64,000 nucleotides of DNA, from positions 26,253 through 90,252 of the forward strand of contig JAUSHX010000010.1 of the NCBI GenBank assembly GCA_030648265.1. Direction: 5' to 3'. The DNA is from a bacterium. GTDB taxonomy: Bacteria; Patescibacteriota; Minisyncoccia; Phycocordibacterales; UBA2100. A program made the translations under genes and the position numbers. This document shows, in pieces, positions 38,268-49,148 of this stretch (position 1 is the stretch's first letter; the number at the start of each line of letters is the position of its first letter). The notes beneath the pieces are model-generated. The model saw only the letters and a list, made by a program, of their open reading frames with translations. It had not been told where the DNA came from and did not search any database.

Positions 38268-41200
38268 TTAAACCTTTTCGGATACGACAAAATTGACGAG
38301 CCGGCCGGGAACGACAATCGTGCGTGAGATTTTCTGGCCCACGAGGCGCGCGTCCACGGTCGCGCGCGCGGCTTTCTCCACGGCGCTCTTGTCTGAATCG
38401 GAAGGCACTTGAACTTCCCCGCGCGTTTTGCCGTTTATCTGAATTACGATGGTAACGTTTTCGTCTTTCAGAAGCGCCGGGTCAAACTCCGGCCACTCTT
38501 CCAAGTGTATTGACGTGCTGTTGCCGGCCTCACGCCACAATTCTTCCGCTATGTGCGGGGCAAACGGCGATAACAGCTTCAAAAATATGCTCCACTGTTT
38601 TACGGTTATGCCACCGCTCTTTTCAATGGCATTCAACAATACCATGAGAGCGCTAATGGCCGTATTAAATTTTAAAGCGGAGATATCTTCCCCCACTTTC
38701 TTAATAGTCCTGTGCAACAACGGCTCAATGTTCGCATTTTCTGTTGACTGTAGACTCCCTGCTGTAAACTGACCCACTTTCCAGACCCGCTCAAGAAATC
38801 GCCTCACGCCGACAACGCCATTCGGATTCCACGGATAGCTTGAGACTTCGCTGTATGGCCCGATAAAGGCGAGATACATGCGCACCGTGTCCGCGCCGAG
38901 GCGCGCCACCACTTCGTCCGGGTCAACGACATTACCGCGGGACTTGCTCATCTTCTGGCCGTCGGGGCCCAAAATCAGACTGCGATTCATGCGCCGTGTG
39001 TACGGCTCTGAATCACTCACGAGCCCCATATCAAAGAGTGCTTTGTGCCAGAAACGCGAGTAGAGAAGGTGCATAGTGGTGTGTTCCGCGCCGCCCGAGT
39101 ACAAGTCTACCGGCATCCAGTTCTTTTGTTTATCTTTTGATGCGAATTCTTTTTTGTTCTTCGGGTCTGTGTAGCGCAGGAAATACCAGGATGAATCAAC
39201 AAATGTATCCAGCGTATCGGTCTCGCGCTCCGCCGCGCCTTTGCATTTCGGACATTTCACAGTAACCCATTTTTTAGCTTTCGCGAGCGGAGATTTACCG
39301 CTTCCCTCGGGCAGATAATCTTTGATGTCCGGCAACTTCACTGGCAAATCTTTGTCGGGCACCGCGACATCTCCGCACTTTTCACAATGGATTATCGGTA
39401 TCGGTACGCCCCAGTATCTTTGTCGCGAGACTATCCAATCGCGGAGTTTGTATGTTGTTTTCTTGCTGCCGAGTTTTTCAGTGACCGCTTCCTTTCCCTC
39501 TGCAACAGTCTTGCCGTTGAATGCGCCGGAATTCATCATGACACCATCGCCGGTGTATGCACCCTCCAACTCCCCGACGAATTTTCCCGCGGGCGTAATT
39601 ACCTGTCTGATCGGCAAATCATATTTCTTTGCAAACGCAAAGTCGCGTTCATCATGTGCTGGCACTGCCATGATTGCCCCTGTGCCGTAGTGCCCCAGCA
39701 CATAATCGGCGATATAAACAGGAATCTTTTCTCCCGTCGCCGGATTAATTGCTTCAACACCCTCTAACCTCACACCCGTTTTTTCTTTATTCGTCTGCCG
39801 GTCCATATCAGTTTTCTTTGCGGATAGTGCGATATATCGCACTACTTCCTCCCTATTGTCCAACAAATCTACCCAAGCCTGCCCTCCGAAGCCTTGGCGA
39901 AGGAGGGGATGTTCCGGTGCGAGCACAAGGTATGTGGCGCCGAAGAGCGTGTCGGGGCGGGTGGTGAAGACAGTAATATGCGGTGTAAGCTGTGCAAACA
40001 CTAGCGGTTCTTCTGTGCCGTTGAAATGCTCTTTTTTGGCCTGCCCTTCAATGAATTGGGCGTCAAGTTTCTCGCTTAGTTGCTTTAAGTATGCTCCTCG
40101 ATGCGCTTTTTCCAATGTATCGGAAAGAACCACGCGAAAACTGCACAGCTTCTTAAGATTTTCATAATCAATATCCCAAGAGAAATCCTTCCAAAACGGC
40201 CGCTTTTCTGCGCCCGGAAACGCAGAGTCAATCGCCGGAGCGACCAAGACCAATCCCGCTATGGGACGGTTTATTTTCTGAAGAATTTTCATCGCTACGG
40301 TTCCACCAAGACTGTGGCCGACTATGATGGTGCTTTCATCTATCTGACAATTATCGATTATGTATTGCACTTGCTCGGATTCTTTTGGCTCGGCCGAATT
40401 TGGCATATCGGGCAACTGAACGTTGTAACCCATTTTCTCTAATTCTTCCTTAAGCCATGGCTTGAATGAGCCCTTCGCACTGCCTTTGTATCCGTGCAGA
40501 AGCAAGAAATTTGGCTTGGGGATATCTTTTTTCGCAAATTCCAAAGGGAAATTAATTTCTGCGCCTTCGCTCCTGCCTATCCAATTTCTTTGTGATTCTT
40601 TTATCTGCTCCGGCCAATTTAACGGCGCTAGGTCATCTATCAACCTGTCGGCGTAATCCGTAATCTTGATATTCCACTGAAGCATTTCTTTCTGCACCAC
40701 TTCAGAATCACAGCGCTCGCACCTTCCATCCACTACTTGCTCGTTGGCAAGCACCGTTTTGTCTTTTGGACACCAATTAACCGGAGTGTTTTTCTGGTAT
40801 GCAAGCCCCCTCTTAAAAAGCTGGAGAAAGAGCCACTGCGTCCACTTATAGTAATCCGGATTACAAGTGATAACCTCGCGCGACCAGTCAAACGAAGTAC
40901 CCATTGAGGATATTTGTTTCTTCATGTAGGCAATATTTTCTTCCGTCCATGTACGCGGATTGAGTTTGTTTTTTATCGCCGCATTCTCGGCGGGCAAACC
41001 GAATGCATCAAATCCTATGGGGTATAAAACGTTCTTGCCCCGCATCCGCTCGGCTCGCGCCAAAATATCGGGCAGAGCAAACGCATACCAATGCCCCACG
41101 TGGAGGTTGCCCGACGGATACGGGAATTCTACGAGCAGGTGAAAATTCTCCTTGCCCTTAATAGAATCAGGCGTTTTATATAGTCCGGCCTTAGACCACT

Positions 41201-41276
41201 CCTTCTGCCACTTACGTTCAATAGCCAGATGGTCGTATTTCTTCATATGTTCCATGGTCGCCTGCCCCGTAGCCAA
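38268..41276 (-). CDS. leuS: leucine--tRNA ligase carrying an inserted alpha/beta-hydrolase (serine hydrolase) domain
   Basis: 1002 aa; LeuRS HMGH-like region (PYPSGNLHVGH), the CP1 editing domain (TVFTTRPDTLFGATY), KMSKS (KMSKSRGN) and the anticodon-binding domain. Residues approx. 250-430 form an extra domain (LLLHGYKGS...IIVGHSLGGTVAM). Confidence 0.9.
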   Translation of the reverse strand: MATGQATMEHMKKYDHLAIERKWQKEWSKAGLYKTPDSIKGKENFHLLVEFPYPSGNLHVGHWYAFALPDILARAERMRGKNVLYPIGFDAFGLPAENAAIKNKLNPRTWTEENIAYMKKQISSMGTSFDWSREVITCNPDYYKWTQWLFLQLFKRGLAYQKNTPVNWCPKDKTVLANEQVVDGRCERCDSEVVQKEMLQWNIKITDYADRLIDDLAPLNWPEQIKESQRNWIGRSEGAEINFPLEFAKKDIPKPNFLLLHGYKGSAKGSFKPWLKEELEKMGYNVQLPDMPNSAEPKESEQVQYIIDNCQIDESTIIVGHSLGGTVAMKILQKINRPIAGLVLVAPAIDSAFPGAEKRPFWKDFSWDIDYENLKKLCSFRVVLSDTLEKAHRGAYLKQLSEKLDAQFIEGQAKKEHFNGTEEPLVFAQLTPHITVFTTRPDTLFGATYLVLAPEHPLLRQGFGGQAWVDLLDNREEVVRYIALSAKKTDMDRQTNKEKTGVRLEGVEAINPATGEKIPVYIADYVLGHYGTGAIMAVPAHDERDFAFAKKYDLPIRQVITPAGKFVGELEGAYTGDGVMMNSGAFNGKTVAEGKEAVTEKLGSKKTTYKLRDWIVSRQRYWGVPIPIIHCEKCGDVAVPDKDLPVKLPDIKDYLPEGSGKSPLAKAKKWVTVKCPKCKGAAERETDTLDTFVDSSWYFLRYTDPKNKKEFASKDKQKNWMPVDLYSGGAEHTTMHLLYSRFWHKALFDMGLVSDSEPYTRRMNRSLILGPDGQKMSKSRGNVVDPDEVVARLGADTVRMYLAFIGPYSEVSSYPWNPNGVVGVRRFLERVWKVGQFTAGSLQSTENANIEPLLHRTIKKVGEDISALKFNTAISALMVLLNAIEKSGGITVKQWSIFLKLLSPFAPHIAEELWREAGNSTSIHLEEWPEFDPALLKDENVTIVIQINGKTRGEVQVPSDSDKSAVEKAARATVDARLVGQKISRTIVVPGRLVNFVVSEKV
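39989..40529 (-). other. inserted alpha/beta-hydrolase domain within leuS (RBBP9/YdeN-like serine hydrolase fold)
   Basis: About 180 aa between NWIGRSEGAEINFPLE and TPHITVFTTRPDT, where E. coli LeuRS has only NDYDNT. Contains GHSLGG in a nucleophile-elbow context. Confidence 0.7.
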
Positions 41277-41379
41277 TGCGTAGCATTGTGGTACCGGGGT
41301 AAGCTTTCATATAATTACCATATCATACCGCAAATATGCAGAAAACCCCGCATATTGGGCGGGGTTTTCTGCGATTACG

Positions 41380-42354
41380 TTACTGAACTCTCATTTTTGT
41401 GAACGGTGGATATAATTCCGGATCAATGGTCCTATCAAAGCAAACATTTCCTACGCTATGCTTCCATGTAGATTGTTCTAATCCAAGTCCTCCCCCTTTC
41501 CCACCCATGGGCGCAGCAGGGACAGCCCTTGTCATTTCCCGCGAATTTGAATCTGCTTGGGTTTCTGCGTTGAAGGTCGCACAGAGCTTGAAGGAGAGTG
41601 TCCCCGTTGTCTCGTAGACGTACGGCATCTTTGACTGCACGTCCACTGGTGCAATGTAACCACTGATAGAATCGTTCAAGTCTGTAAGCGTTGTTGGGAG
41701 CTTTTCTTTCTGCTGATAATAATTCACGATTTGCCATTGGATGCTCGTAAGATCGTTGATTTTCTGATCATCGTAGCGATACGTACGCAGAGCATTGGGA
41801 GAACCCATTATGAAGAACCCGGACACTATCGCAACGAGAACCACAACGGCGACAGCATATCCGAGCATATTCGCACGCTTCGGGAATTCAACCCAGTATC
41901 CGCGTACATCTGCGATGAAGTGCAGGAATGCTCCGCCTGCGACGAGAAGTACCACAAGCACCTTGAGAATAAACGGGGTCGTAAGATCACCTCCGAGAAA
42001 GTAATTTATGAGAGTAATTAGGTCAATAATGACTGTCGCACCTGCTACGAACACCGTAACAAACAAAGCCCAGCGACGCACCCACAAATCGCGCTTTTCC
42101 GGAATTTGTGCGATGTCTCCTCGGATAAAACGCATAATAACGAGAAAGACCGGGAACAAAACGAGAAGCGATGCAATGGCGAAACGAATAGACCCAGAGT
42201 ATGGGTCAACGTAGTTGTAGTTCAGGACATCCGGATAGGCACGGTTTATGTATTCAAATAATAGAGTGATGAACGAGTAAATGCTGACATAAAACGCCAC
42301 CATCGCACCTACCCACAGGAAGAAATCCTTCGGAGTTACTTTAGGTTTGTCCAT
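41380..42354 (-). CDS. hypothetical polytopic membrane protein
   Basis: 4-5 TM helices, with no recognisable catalytic motif. The start is set at MDKPKVTPKDFF, so the adjacent small ORF no longer lies entirely within this gene. Confidence 0.4.
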   Translation of the reverse strand: MDKPKVTPKDFFLWVGAMVAFYVSIYSFITLLFEYINRAYPDVLNYNYVDPYSGSIRFAIASLLVLFPVFLVIMRFIRGDIAQIPEKRDLWVRRWALFVTVFVAGATVIIDLITLINYFLGGDLTTPFILKVLVVLLVAGGAFLHFIADVRGYWVEFPKRANMLGYAVAVVVLVAIVSGFFIMGSPNALRTYRYDDQKINDLTSIQWQIVNYYQQKEKLPTTLTDLNDSISGYIAPVDVQSKMPYVYETTGTLSFKLCATFNAETQADSNSREMTRAVPAAPMGGKGGGLGLEQSTWKHSVGNVCFDRTIDPELYPPFTKMRVQ

Positions 42355-42358
42355 ATTT

Positions 42359-42637
42359 TTATTGTACAGCTTCACGCTTTTCAATTCTAGCAATCCGCTT
42401 TTCGAAGTCGAGAACCGCTAGGGAATCTTTGTCAACGGCACGACCAAGCGCTCGAACCTCAAGTCGTACTTCATTTATTCTTTCTTCAATTTTATTTCTC
42501 ATATAATCCAGATTGTCTTTCGTAGCCATATCTGACAGCCGCTCCTCGATATTTGTAATGCGAGCGTCTATCGATACCAGCATCTTGAATATGCGATCGT
42601 TACTGGCTCCCTTTTTATCCTCATTACTTTTACCCAT
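42359..42637 (-). CDS. hypothetical small coiled-coil protein
   Basis: 92 aa, charged, with a heptad pattern; resembles the small ORF at 8757-9092 in overall character. Confidence 0.35.
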   Translation of the reverse strand: MGKSNEDKKGASNDRIFKMLVSIDARITNIEERLSDMATKDNLDYMRNKIEERINEVRLEVRALGRAVDKDSLAVLDFEKRIARIEKREAVQ

Positions 42638-42679
42638 GCTCCCAATAATACCACACTTTTTCGGGGGTCAAAAAGCGGG

Positions 42680-43780
42680 CTAGCTGTGTTTAAACTCCAC
42701 AACGTCCCCGTCTTGAACTACATACTCCCTGCCCTCGGAGCGCAGGAGCCCCAGTTCGCGGGCTTTGGCGAACGAGCCGACCTCAAGCAATTTATCGGCC
42801 TGGATTACATCAGCGCGTATGAATTTGTCGCGAAAATCCGTGTGAATCGCGGCGCCTGCCTCGGGCGCGGTTGCGCCACGGGTTATGGTCCATGCGCGCG
42901 TTTCATCTTCTCCTGTCGTGAAGAAAGAAATCAGATTTAGCATTCTGTAACCCGCTTTGATGAGCCCGTTTAATCCGTCATCCGGCACCCCGAGTTCGCG
43001 GCGGAAATTGTCGCGCTCGTCGTCGTGCACGTCTCGCAGTTCTCCTTCCACTCCCGCATCAACAAATACCCACTCCGCTTTTGAATCTTCCAGAAATCTC
43101 TGAAGCGCCTTCCACGTATCCCCTCCTTCCGCATCCACATTCACCGCCCCGCTCTTGCGATTGAGGACATATAACACCGGCTTCAACGTCAAAAGATGCA
43201 AAGATTGCGCGGCTTTCTTTTCTTCATTGGAAAGTTCAACCATTCTCGCTGGCTTGCCCTGCTTCAGAACTGGCACGATTTTCCGCAACACATCCCTCTC
43301 GGCAATTACTTCTTTATCCCCTCCTTTTGCATCGCGCTCCGTGCGTTCAAGACTCTTCTCGGCGGTCTGCATATCGGCAAGCACCAATTCAAGATTAATT
43401 ACTTCAATATCGCTCACGGGGTCAATTTCTCCCGACACATGGAGTACGTCATCGTCATGAAATATCCGAACCACTTCTGCAATTGCATCAACTTCGCGAA
43501 TGTGCGACAAAAATTGATTGCCCAAACCCTCGCCCTCCGAGGCGCCCTTAACAAGCCCCGCAATATCCACAAATTGGACGGCGGCCGGAATTGTTTTGGC
43601 CGAATGCGCCATTTCGGTCAATCTTTTGAGCCGCACATCAGGCACTTCAACAACCCCCACCGATGGGTCAATTGTGCAGAACGGATAATTTTCCGCCGGC
43701 ACGCCCTTAAGGGTGAGCGCATTAAACAGCGTTGATTTCCCCACGTTAGGGAGTCCAACTATTCCGATTGAAAGCGACAT
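42680..43780 (-). CDS. ychF: ribosome-binding ATPase YchF (Obg-family GTPase)
   Basis: [17 protein letters not shown] (G1), [10 protein letters not shown], and a C-terminal TGS domain. Confidence 0.92.
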   Translation of the reverse strand: MSLSIGIVGLPNVGKSTLFNALTLKGVPAENYPFCTIDPSVGVVEVPDVRLKRLTEMAHSAKTIPAAVQFVDIAGLVKGASEGEGLGNQFLSHIREVDAIAEVVRIFHDDDVLHVSGEIDPVSDIEVINLELVLADMQTAEKSLERTERDAKGGDKEVIAERDVLRKIVPVLKQGKPARMVELSNEEKKAAQSLHLLTLKPVLYVLNRKSGAVNVDAEGGDTWKALQRFLEDSKAEWVFVDAGVEGELRDVHDDERDNFRRELGVPDDGLNGLIKAGYRMLNLISFFTTGEDETRAWTITRGATAPEAGAAIHTDFRDKFIRADVIQADKLLEVGSFAKARELGLLRSEGREYVVQDGDVVEFKHS

Positions 43781-43833
43781 GGTGCGAAAAGCGAGTATAT
43801 CAGACCAAGGCGCTATAATGCGAGCGATTAAAA

Positions 43834-44448
43834 CTAATCTCCCGCTTTCTCATTGAATGTCGGCTTGTGCGGCGGAGGATCGTCATCATCGCCAATAATA
43901 GCCCCCTCTAAGACGCGCTTTATTTGCGATGCCGTGTCATCTACAAAATCCATCGGGTGTTCGGAAGAAGCTCCTGAAAACTCCTCTGGTGACGCTCTTT
44001 TCCCTATCTGATGCAAGAGCATTGCCCGAACAGTTTTCACGCTGAAGTAAAAAGCGAACATGAAGATTATGGAAACGGCCTCGCGAAAAACGAAAGCGGT
44101 GTAACTGGCGATACCATATCCGTTGAGCGCCCATGCCTGATAGACGACCATGCCGACACCGGCGACAATGGCGTCCGCAGTAAGAATCGATTTCTTCCAT
44201 GGATTAGTGAGCGCGGCCAAACACACAACAATAAGAGCGCCGGCAACCTCAAATGGAAACTCTGCACGAACTTCATCGCCATAAAATGGAGCGGCAAACA
44301 GCATAACCGCCGCAGCGCCGAGGAAGAATTCCCTCACGAGGTCGCCGTAGTAATGGGAAACGGTCTCACCGGCACCGTTATACCCGTATCTATCGCCGTA
44401 AGGCACGTGTCCTCCGTGCTGTCCCCTTCCCACATTGCCAATTGCCAT
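43834..44448 (-). CDS. hypothetical membrane protein
   Basis: Four hydrophobic helices and an acidic C-terminal tail; no recognisable family. Confidence 0.35.
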   Translation of the reverse strand: MAIGNVGRGQHGGHVPYGDRYGYNGAGETVSHYYGDLVREFFLGAAAVMLFAAPFYGDEVRAEFPFEVAGALIVVCLAALTNPWKKSILTADAIVAGVGMVVYQAWALNGYGIASYTAFVFREAVSIIFMFAFYFSVKTVRAMLLHQIGKRASPEEFSGASSEHPMDFVDDTASQIKRVLEGAIIGDDDDPPPHKPTFNEKAGD

Positions 44449-44557
44449 CCGTCAATGATGGCACGAGCATCAAATTCGCGCAATCTTCCACACACAGCTA
44501 GCCCGTCGCACAGACTGACGGTATATCTGTGGGACGAGACTGGATTTGAGTCGTGCC

Positions 44558-44890
44558 TCACGACGCATGTTTTGCAATGCCTTCCGCGGCATCCCTCGCT
44601 ATAGCAAGGATGGCCTCAATGCTGTCATATTTCCCGAAAATATTTCTTGCCTCCGCCCCACATCGTACACACTCATGGATTATGAAATACTTTGCGACGG
44701 TCCCTTCAGTGCGTACCGGCTTCATCATCCCCACGCACGTATTGGCCCGGTCGCCCGGATTGATGTCAACGTGTTTACTCCAGAGGCATTTTGTGCAGTG
44801 ATTGGTATAGCCGTCGCCTTTTACGGACGTTCCGCAGTGTTCGCATGTGAAGTCTTCAATTCGCCTTTGAAATCTCTTCATAAGTTCCAA
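44558..44890 (-). CDS. RNHCP-domain zinc-ribbon protein
   Basis: FTCEHCG...YTNHCTKC...CVRCG: Cys clusters matching the RNHCP domain pattern. Confidence 0.5.
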   Translation of the reverse strand: MELMKRFQRRIEDFTCEHCGTSVKGDGYTNHCTKCLWSKHVDINPGDRANTCVGMMKPVRTEGTVAKYFIIHECVRCGAEARNIFGKYDSIEAILAIARDAAEGIAKHAS

Positions 44891-44985
44891 TCTGCAAATG
44901 ATGCGAATTCAACGAATGGCTACAAATGCGAGCATCCGTTATTCGTAGTTATTTGTAGATTGGGATGCATTTGTAGATTGGCGCT

Positions 44986-45231
44986 CTACAAAAGTACGAC
45001 GGCGCGATTGCCGGAGAATTCCAGAATTCCATTTTCTGTTTTAAACGTTTTCACTTCGTCATCCGGAAGCTTGACGGTGATTGAGCCCGTGCGAAGCGCT
45101 GTCACAAACGGCTCGTGATTGGCTAATACCGTGAGCTCGCCATCAGAACCGGGAAGAGTTGCGGAAACCGCCTTGCCGTCAAAATACGTCTCTCCGACGC
45201 TTGAAATTACAAGATGAAAAGTTTTTGACAT
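44986..45231 (-). CDS. atpC: ATP synthase F1 epsilon subunit (N-terminal beta-sandwich only)
   Basis: 81 aa; MSKTFHLVISSVGETYFDGKA...LTVLANHEPFVTAL matches the epsilon N-domain; lies downstream of atpD. Confidence 0.8.
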   Translation of the reverse strand: MSKTFHLVISSVGETYFDGKAVSATLPGSDGELTVLANHEPFVTALRTGSITVKLPDDEVKTFKTENGILEFSGNRAVVLL

Positions 45232-45283
45232 AGGGTTTAGGGTTTAGGGTTTAGGGTTTAGTGAATTCCCTATACCCTAACCA
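45232..45283 (-). repeat. intergenic repeat (family 2) upstream of atpC, including a (CCCTAAA)4 tandem repeat on the minus strand
   Basis: Plus strand AGGGTTT x4, then AGTGAATTCCCTATACCCTAACCACTAGTGGCTAAC. It contains the 10 bp palindrome CCACTAGTGG. Confidence 0.7.
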
Positions 45284-46729
<1,446 letters not shown>

Positions 46730-47131
46730 CTATTGCTTTATTTTCTTATATATAATCCACGCTACCCATAGATATGCGAGGTATGAGCCCACAAGGCCAA
46801 TATCACCTGCAGGTCCTGAAAAATCCGCTATTTCTGGAAAAAGATAAATCTGTATAACCGAGCCCAGACTGAGTACGGCCACCACATAAATTCCAAGGAA
46901 TAGGGTGACAGGGGTTTGTCCGATTTCCGGTATCACATTAGGAGTTACCTTATGAGTGCGCCGGGAGAAAATAAAGAAACCACACACTAAAATTGTAATT
47001 ACAAAAAGCTTTACGAGCGTTTGCCAGAAATCGCTAAGATTGGGGAATAAATCGGAAATGATAGCATTCCCAAAAAATGAAGCTAATAAAAATACACCAA
47101 AAAATATCCATGCCTTGTTGAGGTTGCTCAT
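46730..47131 (-). CDS. hypothetical small membrane protein (inserted in the atp operon)
   Basis: 133 aa with four hydrophobic helices; lies between the NUDIX gene and atpD. Confidence 0.4.
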   Translation of the reverse strand: MSNLNKAWIFFGVFLLASFFGNAIISDLFPNLSDFWQTLVKLFVITILVCGFFIFSRRTHKVTPNVIPEIGQTPVTLFLGIYVVAVLSLGSVIQIYLFPEIADFSGPAGDIGLVGSYLAYLWVAWIIYKKIKQ

Positions 47132-47541
47132 ACGTTGAAAGGATTATACCCGCTATCTACTAAATTTCTAGTGGAGATAAATAATGGTTGCGGAAGCGAA
47201 TCCCATCTTGACCATCTCCATTCTTCACATTTATCCGGCTCCAACACCTGCGGCTCGCCGGCTTTCCAATCTGCTTCATAAAACAGTGTCAGGTAATGCA
47301 TTCCCGAGTCTTTGGCAATGTCATTTGTAAAAGTTATAAAGCGCACGTTTTTGATCTCTATACCTGTTTCTTCCAGAATTTCGCGAATAGCGCATACCTC
47401 CAGCTCTTCATACATATCCAATTTACCGCCAGGAATAGCCCATGTCCCGGACATAAGACCACCTCTACGCTTTCCCATCAATACTTTCCCGTCTTTGCGA
47501 ACGCAAACTCCTATCCCAACTCCCGGTCGTGCTTGTTCCAT
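47128..47541 (-). CDS. NUDIX hydrolase
   Basis: Nudix box GGKLDMYEELEVCAIREILEETGIE. Confidence 0.8.
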   Translation of the reverse strand: MEQARPGVGIGVCVRKDGKVLMGKRRGGLMSGTWAIPGGKLDMYEELEVCAIREILEETGIEIKNVRFITFTNDIAKDSGMHYLTLFYEADWKAGEPQVLEPDKCEEWRWSRWDSLPQPLFISTRNLVDSGYNPFNV

Positions 47542-47584
47542 GTTTCTAGTCGCTATACCCTATTCGCTAATCGCTACCCCCTAC

Positions 47585-47647
47585 TTCATCGCCTCCATGC
47601 CGCTCGTAATTTCTGAAACTTCGCGCGTAATCGCCGCATGTGGATAG
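47585..47647 (-). pseudogene. diverged duplicate of the atpG 3' end (last approx. 18 codons)
   Basis: The minus-strand reading gives ...AAITREVSEITSGMEAMK*, identical in amino acids to the true atpG C-terminus (48133-48190). Nucleotide identity is roughly 85%, with the differences mostly at third positions. Confidence 0.7.
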
Positions 47648-47683
47648 TTCATTGACTTCTTATTGTACATTGATATCATGTGC

Positions 47684-48136
47684 TTACAAACGCCCTCGGG
47701 CCTCCCCGCTTCGGCGGGGTTTAAATTTCCTGATTCTGTCTGTCCCGTCAATAAGGCCTTTTATCTTCTCTTTCAGTTTTTGAAAATCTTTCTCCGGGCA
47801 AACTCCGATTTTGTATTTCATACGCTTAGCGTCAAAAAGCCGTATCTGTGAGAGTATCGCTATATTGCGTCTGCTATTGATGTCAGGAAGTTGGTGATAA
47901 TAGGGGCCTTTCTTTTCCGATCCCGTCATCGGTACTCCCCAAAACACTCGTGTATTGAATTTCTTAAATACGATTATCGGCCTCAAGAATTCGGTTCCTT
48001 TCCCGTCCTGTTCAAAGCCGACGTTTTTGCCCATTTTCAGGAACCATAATTCACGCTCTTTGAACCCGGGTATTTCTTCATTCGTATCTGCTTTCTTTTT
48101 CTGCTTATTCCAATCATCAAAAACATTCATACTCAC
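47684..48136 (-). CDS. MazF/PemK-family endoribonuclease toxin-like protein (no cognate antitoxin seen)
   Basis: RELWFLKMGKNVGFEQDGKGTEFLRPIIVF...VFWGVPMTGS...NIAILSQIRLFDAKRM aligns with the MazF/EndoA core ([25 protein letters not shown]...AITAQ...ILLEQIRTIDKQRL). The start overlaps the atpG stop by 4 nt. Confidence 0.6.
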   Translation of the reverse strand: MSMNVFDDWNKQKKKADTNEEIPGFKERELWFLKMGKNVGFEQDGKGTEFLRPIIVFKKFNTRVFWGVPMTGSEKKGPYYHQLPDINSRRNIAILSQIRLFDAKRMKYKIGVCPEKDFQKLKEKIKGLIDGTDRIRKFKPRRSGEARGRL

Positions 48137-49053
48137 TTCATCGCCTCCATGCCGCTCGTGATTTCGGAAACCTCGCGCGTGATGGCCGCCTGTCGCACCT
48201 TGTTGAACGTGCGCGTGTAGGTGCTTGCCATTTCGTTCGCCTTATCAGTCGCGCTTTTCATCGCAACCATGCGCGCGGAATGTTCAGAGGCCTTTGACTC
48301 AATGTGCGCGTGAAAAACGGCAATGTTGAGCAACTTCGGCAATAGAACCCGCAAAACGTTGTCTGCATCCGGCTCTATCGTGTACACGCTCGGAACAGCC
48401 ACCTTCTCATCAACAGGTATGGGTGAATACTTGCCCTTTGCGGGCCTGATGCGCGCGACCATAAGCGCGAACATTTCAGGATTAATCGGAACTATCGGGC
48501 GGACAACCGGCTCCTGTTCAAAGGTAGATATAAAATTTGTGTATACGACAATACAGGACGAAACTTCTCCATCCTCATGCCACTCCAGAACCTTGTCGGT
48601 AACCATCCGCATTTCTTCTTCGGAAACGCCATCGGCTACGTTCTCAAACTTCAATTTCACCTCATAACCGCGTGAGGCGAAATATTCCCCTCCGCGACGC
48701 CCTGCAGCGATAACCACTACATCTCCTTTATTGAGGTTTAACCTCAATATTTCGGCTTCAGCCTTGCGTATTACGGCGCTGTTCAAAGAGCCCGCAAGTC
48801 CTTTGTCGCTGGTGATTATGACAAAACATGTTTTGCCGGGTTTCGTCTGTAATAGCGCGTGGCGCTTTACATCCGAGGTGCCCGATAAACGCTGCAAAAT
48901 TGAAAGCGAGGTGGCCGCGTAAGCGCGACCGGACAGTGCACGTTCCTGTGCTTTGCGCATCTTCACGGCGGAAACCGCCTGCATCGCCTTAGTTACCGTG
49001 CCAGTTTTCTTGTACGAGTGGATTTTAACCTTGAGACTCTTTAGAGAGGCCAT
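48133..49053 (-). CDS. atpG: ATP synthase F1 gamma subunit
   Basis: 306 aa; conserved N- and C-terminal helices (C-terminus RQAAITREVSEITSGMEAMK). Confidence 0.93.
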   Translation of the reverse strand: MASLKSLKVKIHSYKKTGTVTKAMQAVSAVKMRKAQERALSGRAYAATSLSILQRLSGTSDVKRHALLQTKPGKTCFVIITSDKGLAGSLNSAVIRKAEAEILRLNLNKGDVVVIAAGRRGGEYFASRGYEVKLKFENVADGVSEEEMRMVTDKVLEWHEDGEVSSCIVVYTNFISTFEQEPVVRPIVPINPEMFALMVARIRPAKGKYSPIPVDEKVAVPSVYTIEPDADNVLRVLLPKLLNIAVFHAHIESKASEHSARMVAMKSATDKANEMASTYTRTFNKVRQAAITREVSEITSGMEAMK

Positions 49054-49148
49054 AAAAATAGCTAGTGGCTTGTAGCTTGCAGCTTGTAGCCACTCAAAAA
49101 CAATTCTCTTTTAACAACGATGTGCGTGGTATTTCGCATGGCTACAGG
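49054..49148 (-). repeat. intergenic repeat (family 2 variant) between atpA and atpG
   Basis: CTAGTGGCTTGTAGCTTGCAGCTTGTAGCCACTC ... GGCTACAGGCTACTTGCTACTGGCTACGGGC: GCTAC/GTAGC-rich, with CCACTAGCTATTTTT-ATG immediately before atpG (minus-strand reading). Confidence 0.5.

Noticed and set aside
45232-45266. (CCCTAAA)4 telomere-type repeat
   Set aside because: It lies in an internal intergenic spacer of the atp operon and belongs to the family-2 intergenic repeats. Nothing indicates a linear replicon end.
47542-47683. A hidden MazE-like antitoxin next to the MazF-like gene
   Set aside because: The only ORF in the spacer is a 31-codon frame whose C-terminal 18 residues are the duplicated atpG tail. 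It has no antitoxin-like RHH/AbrB features.
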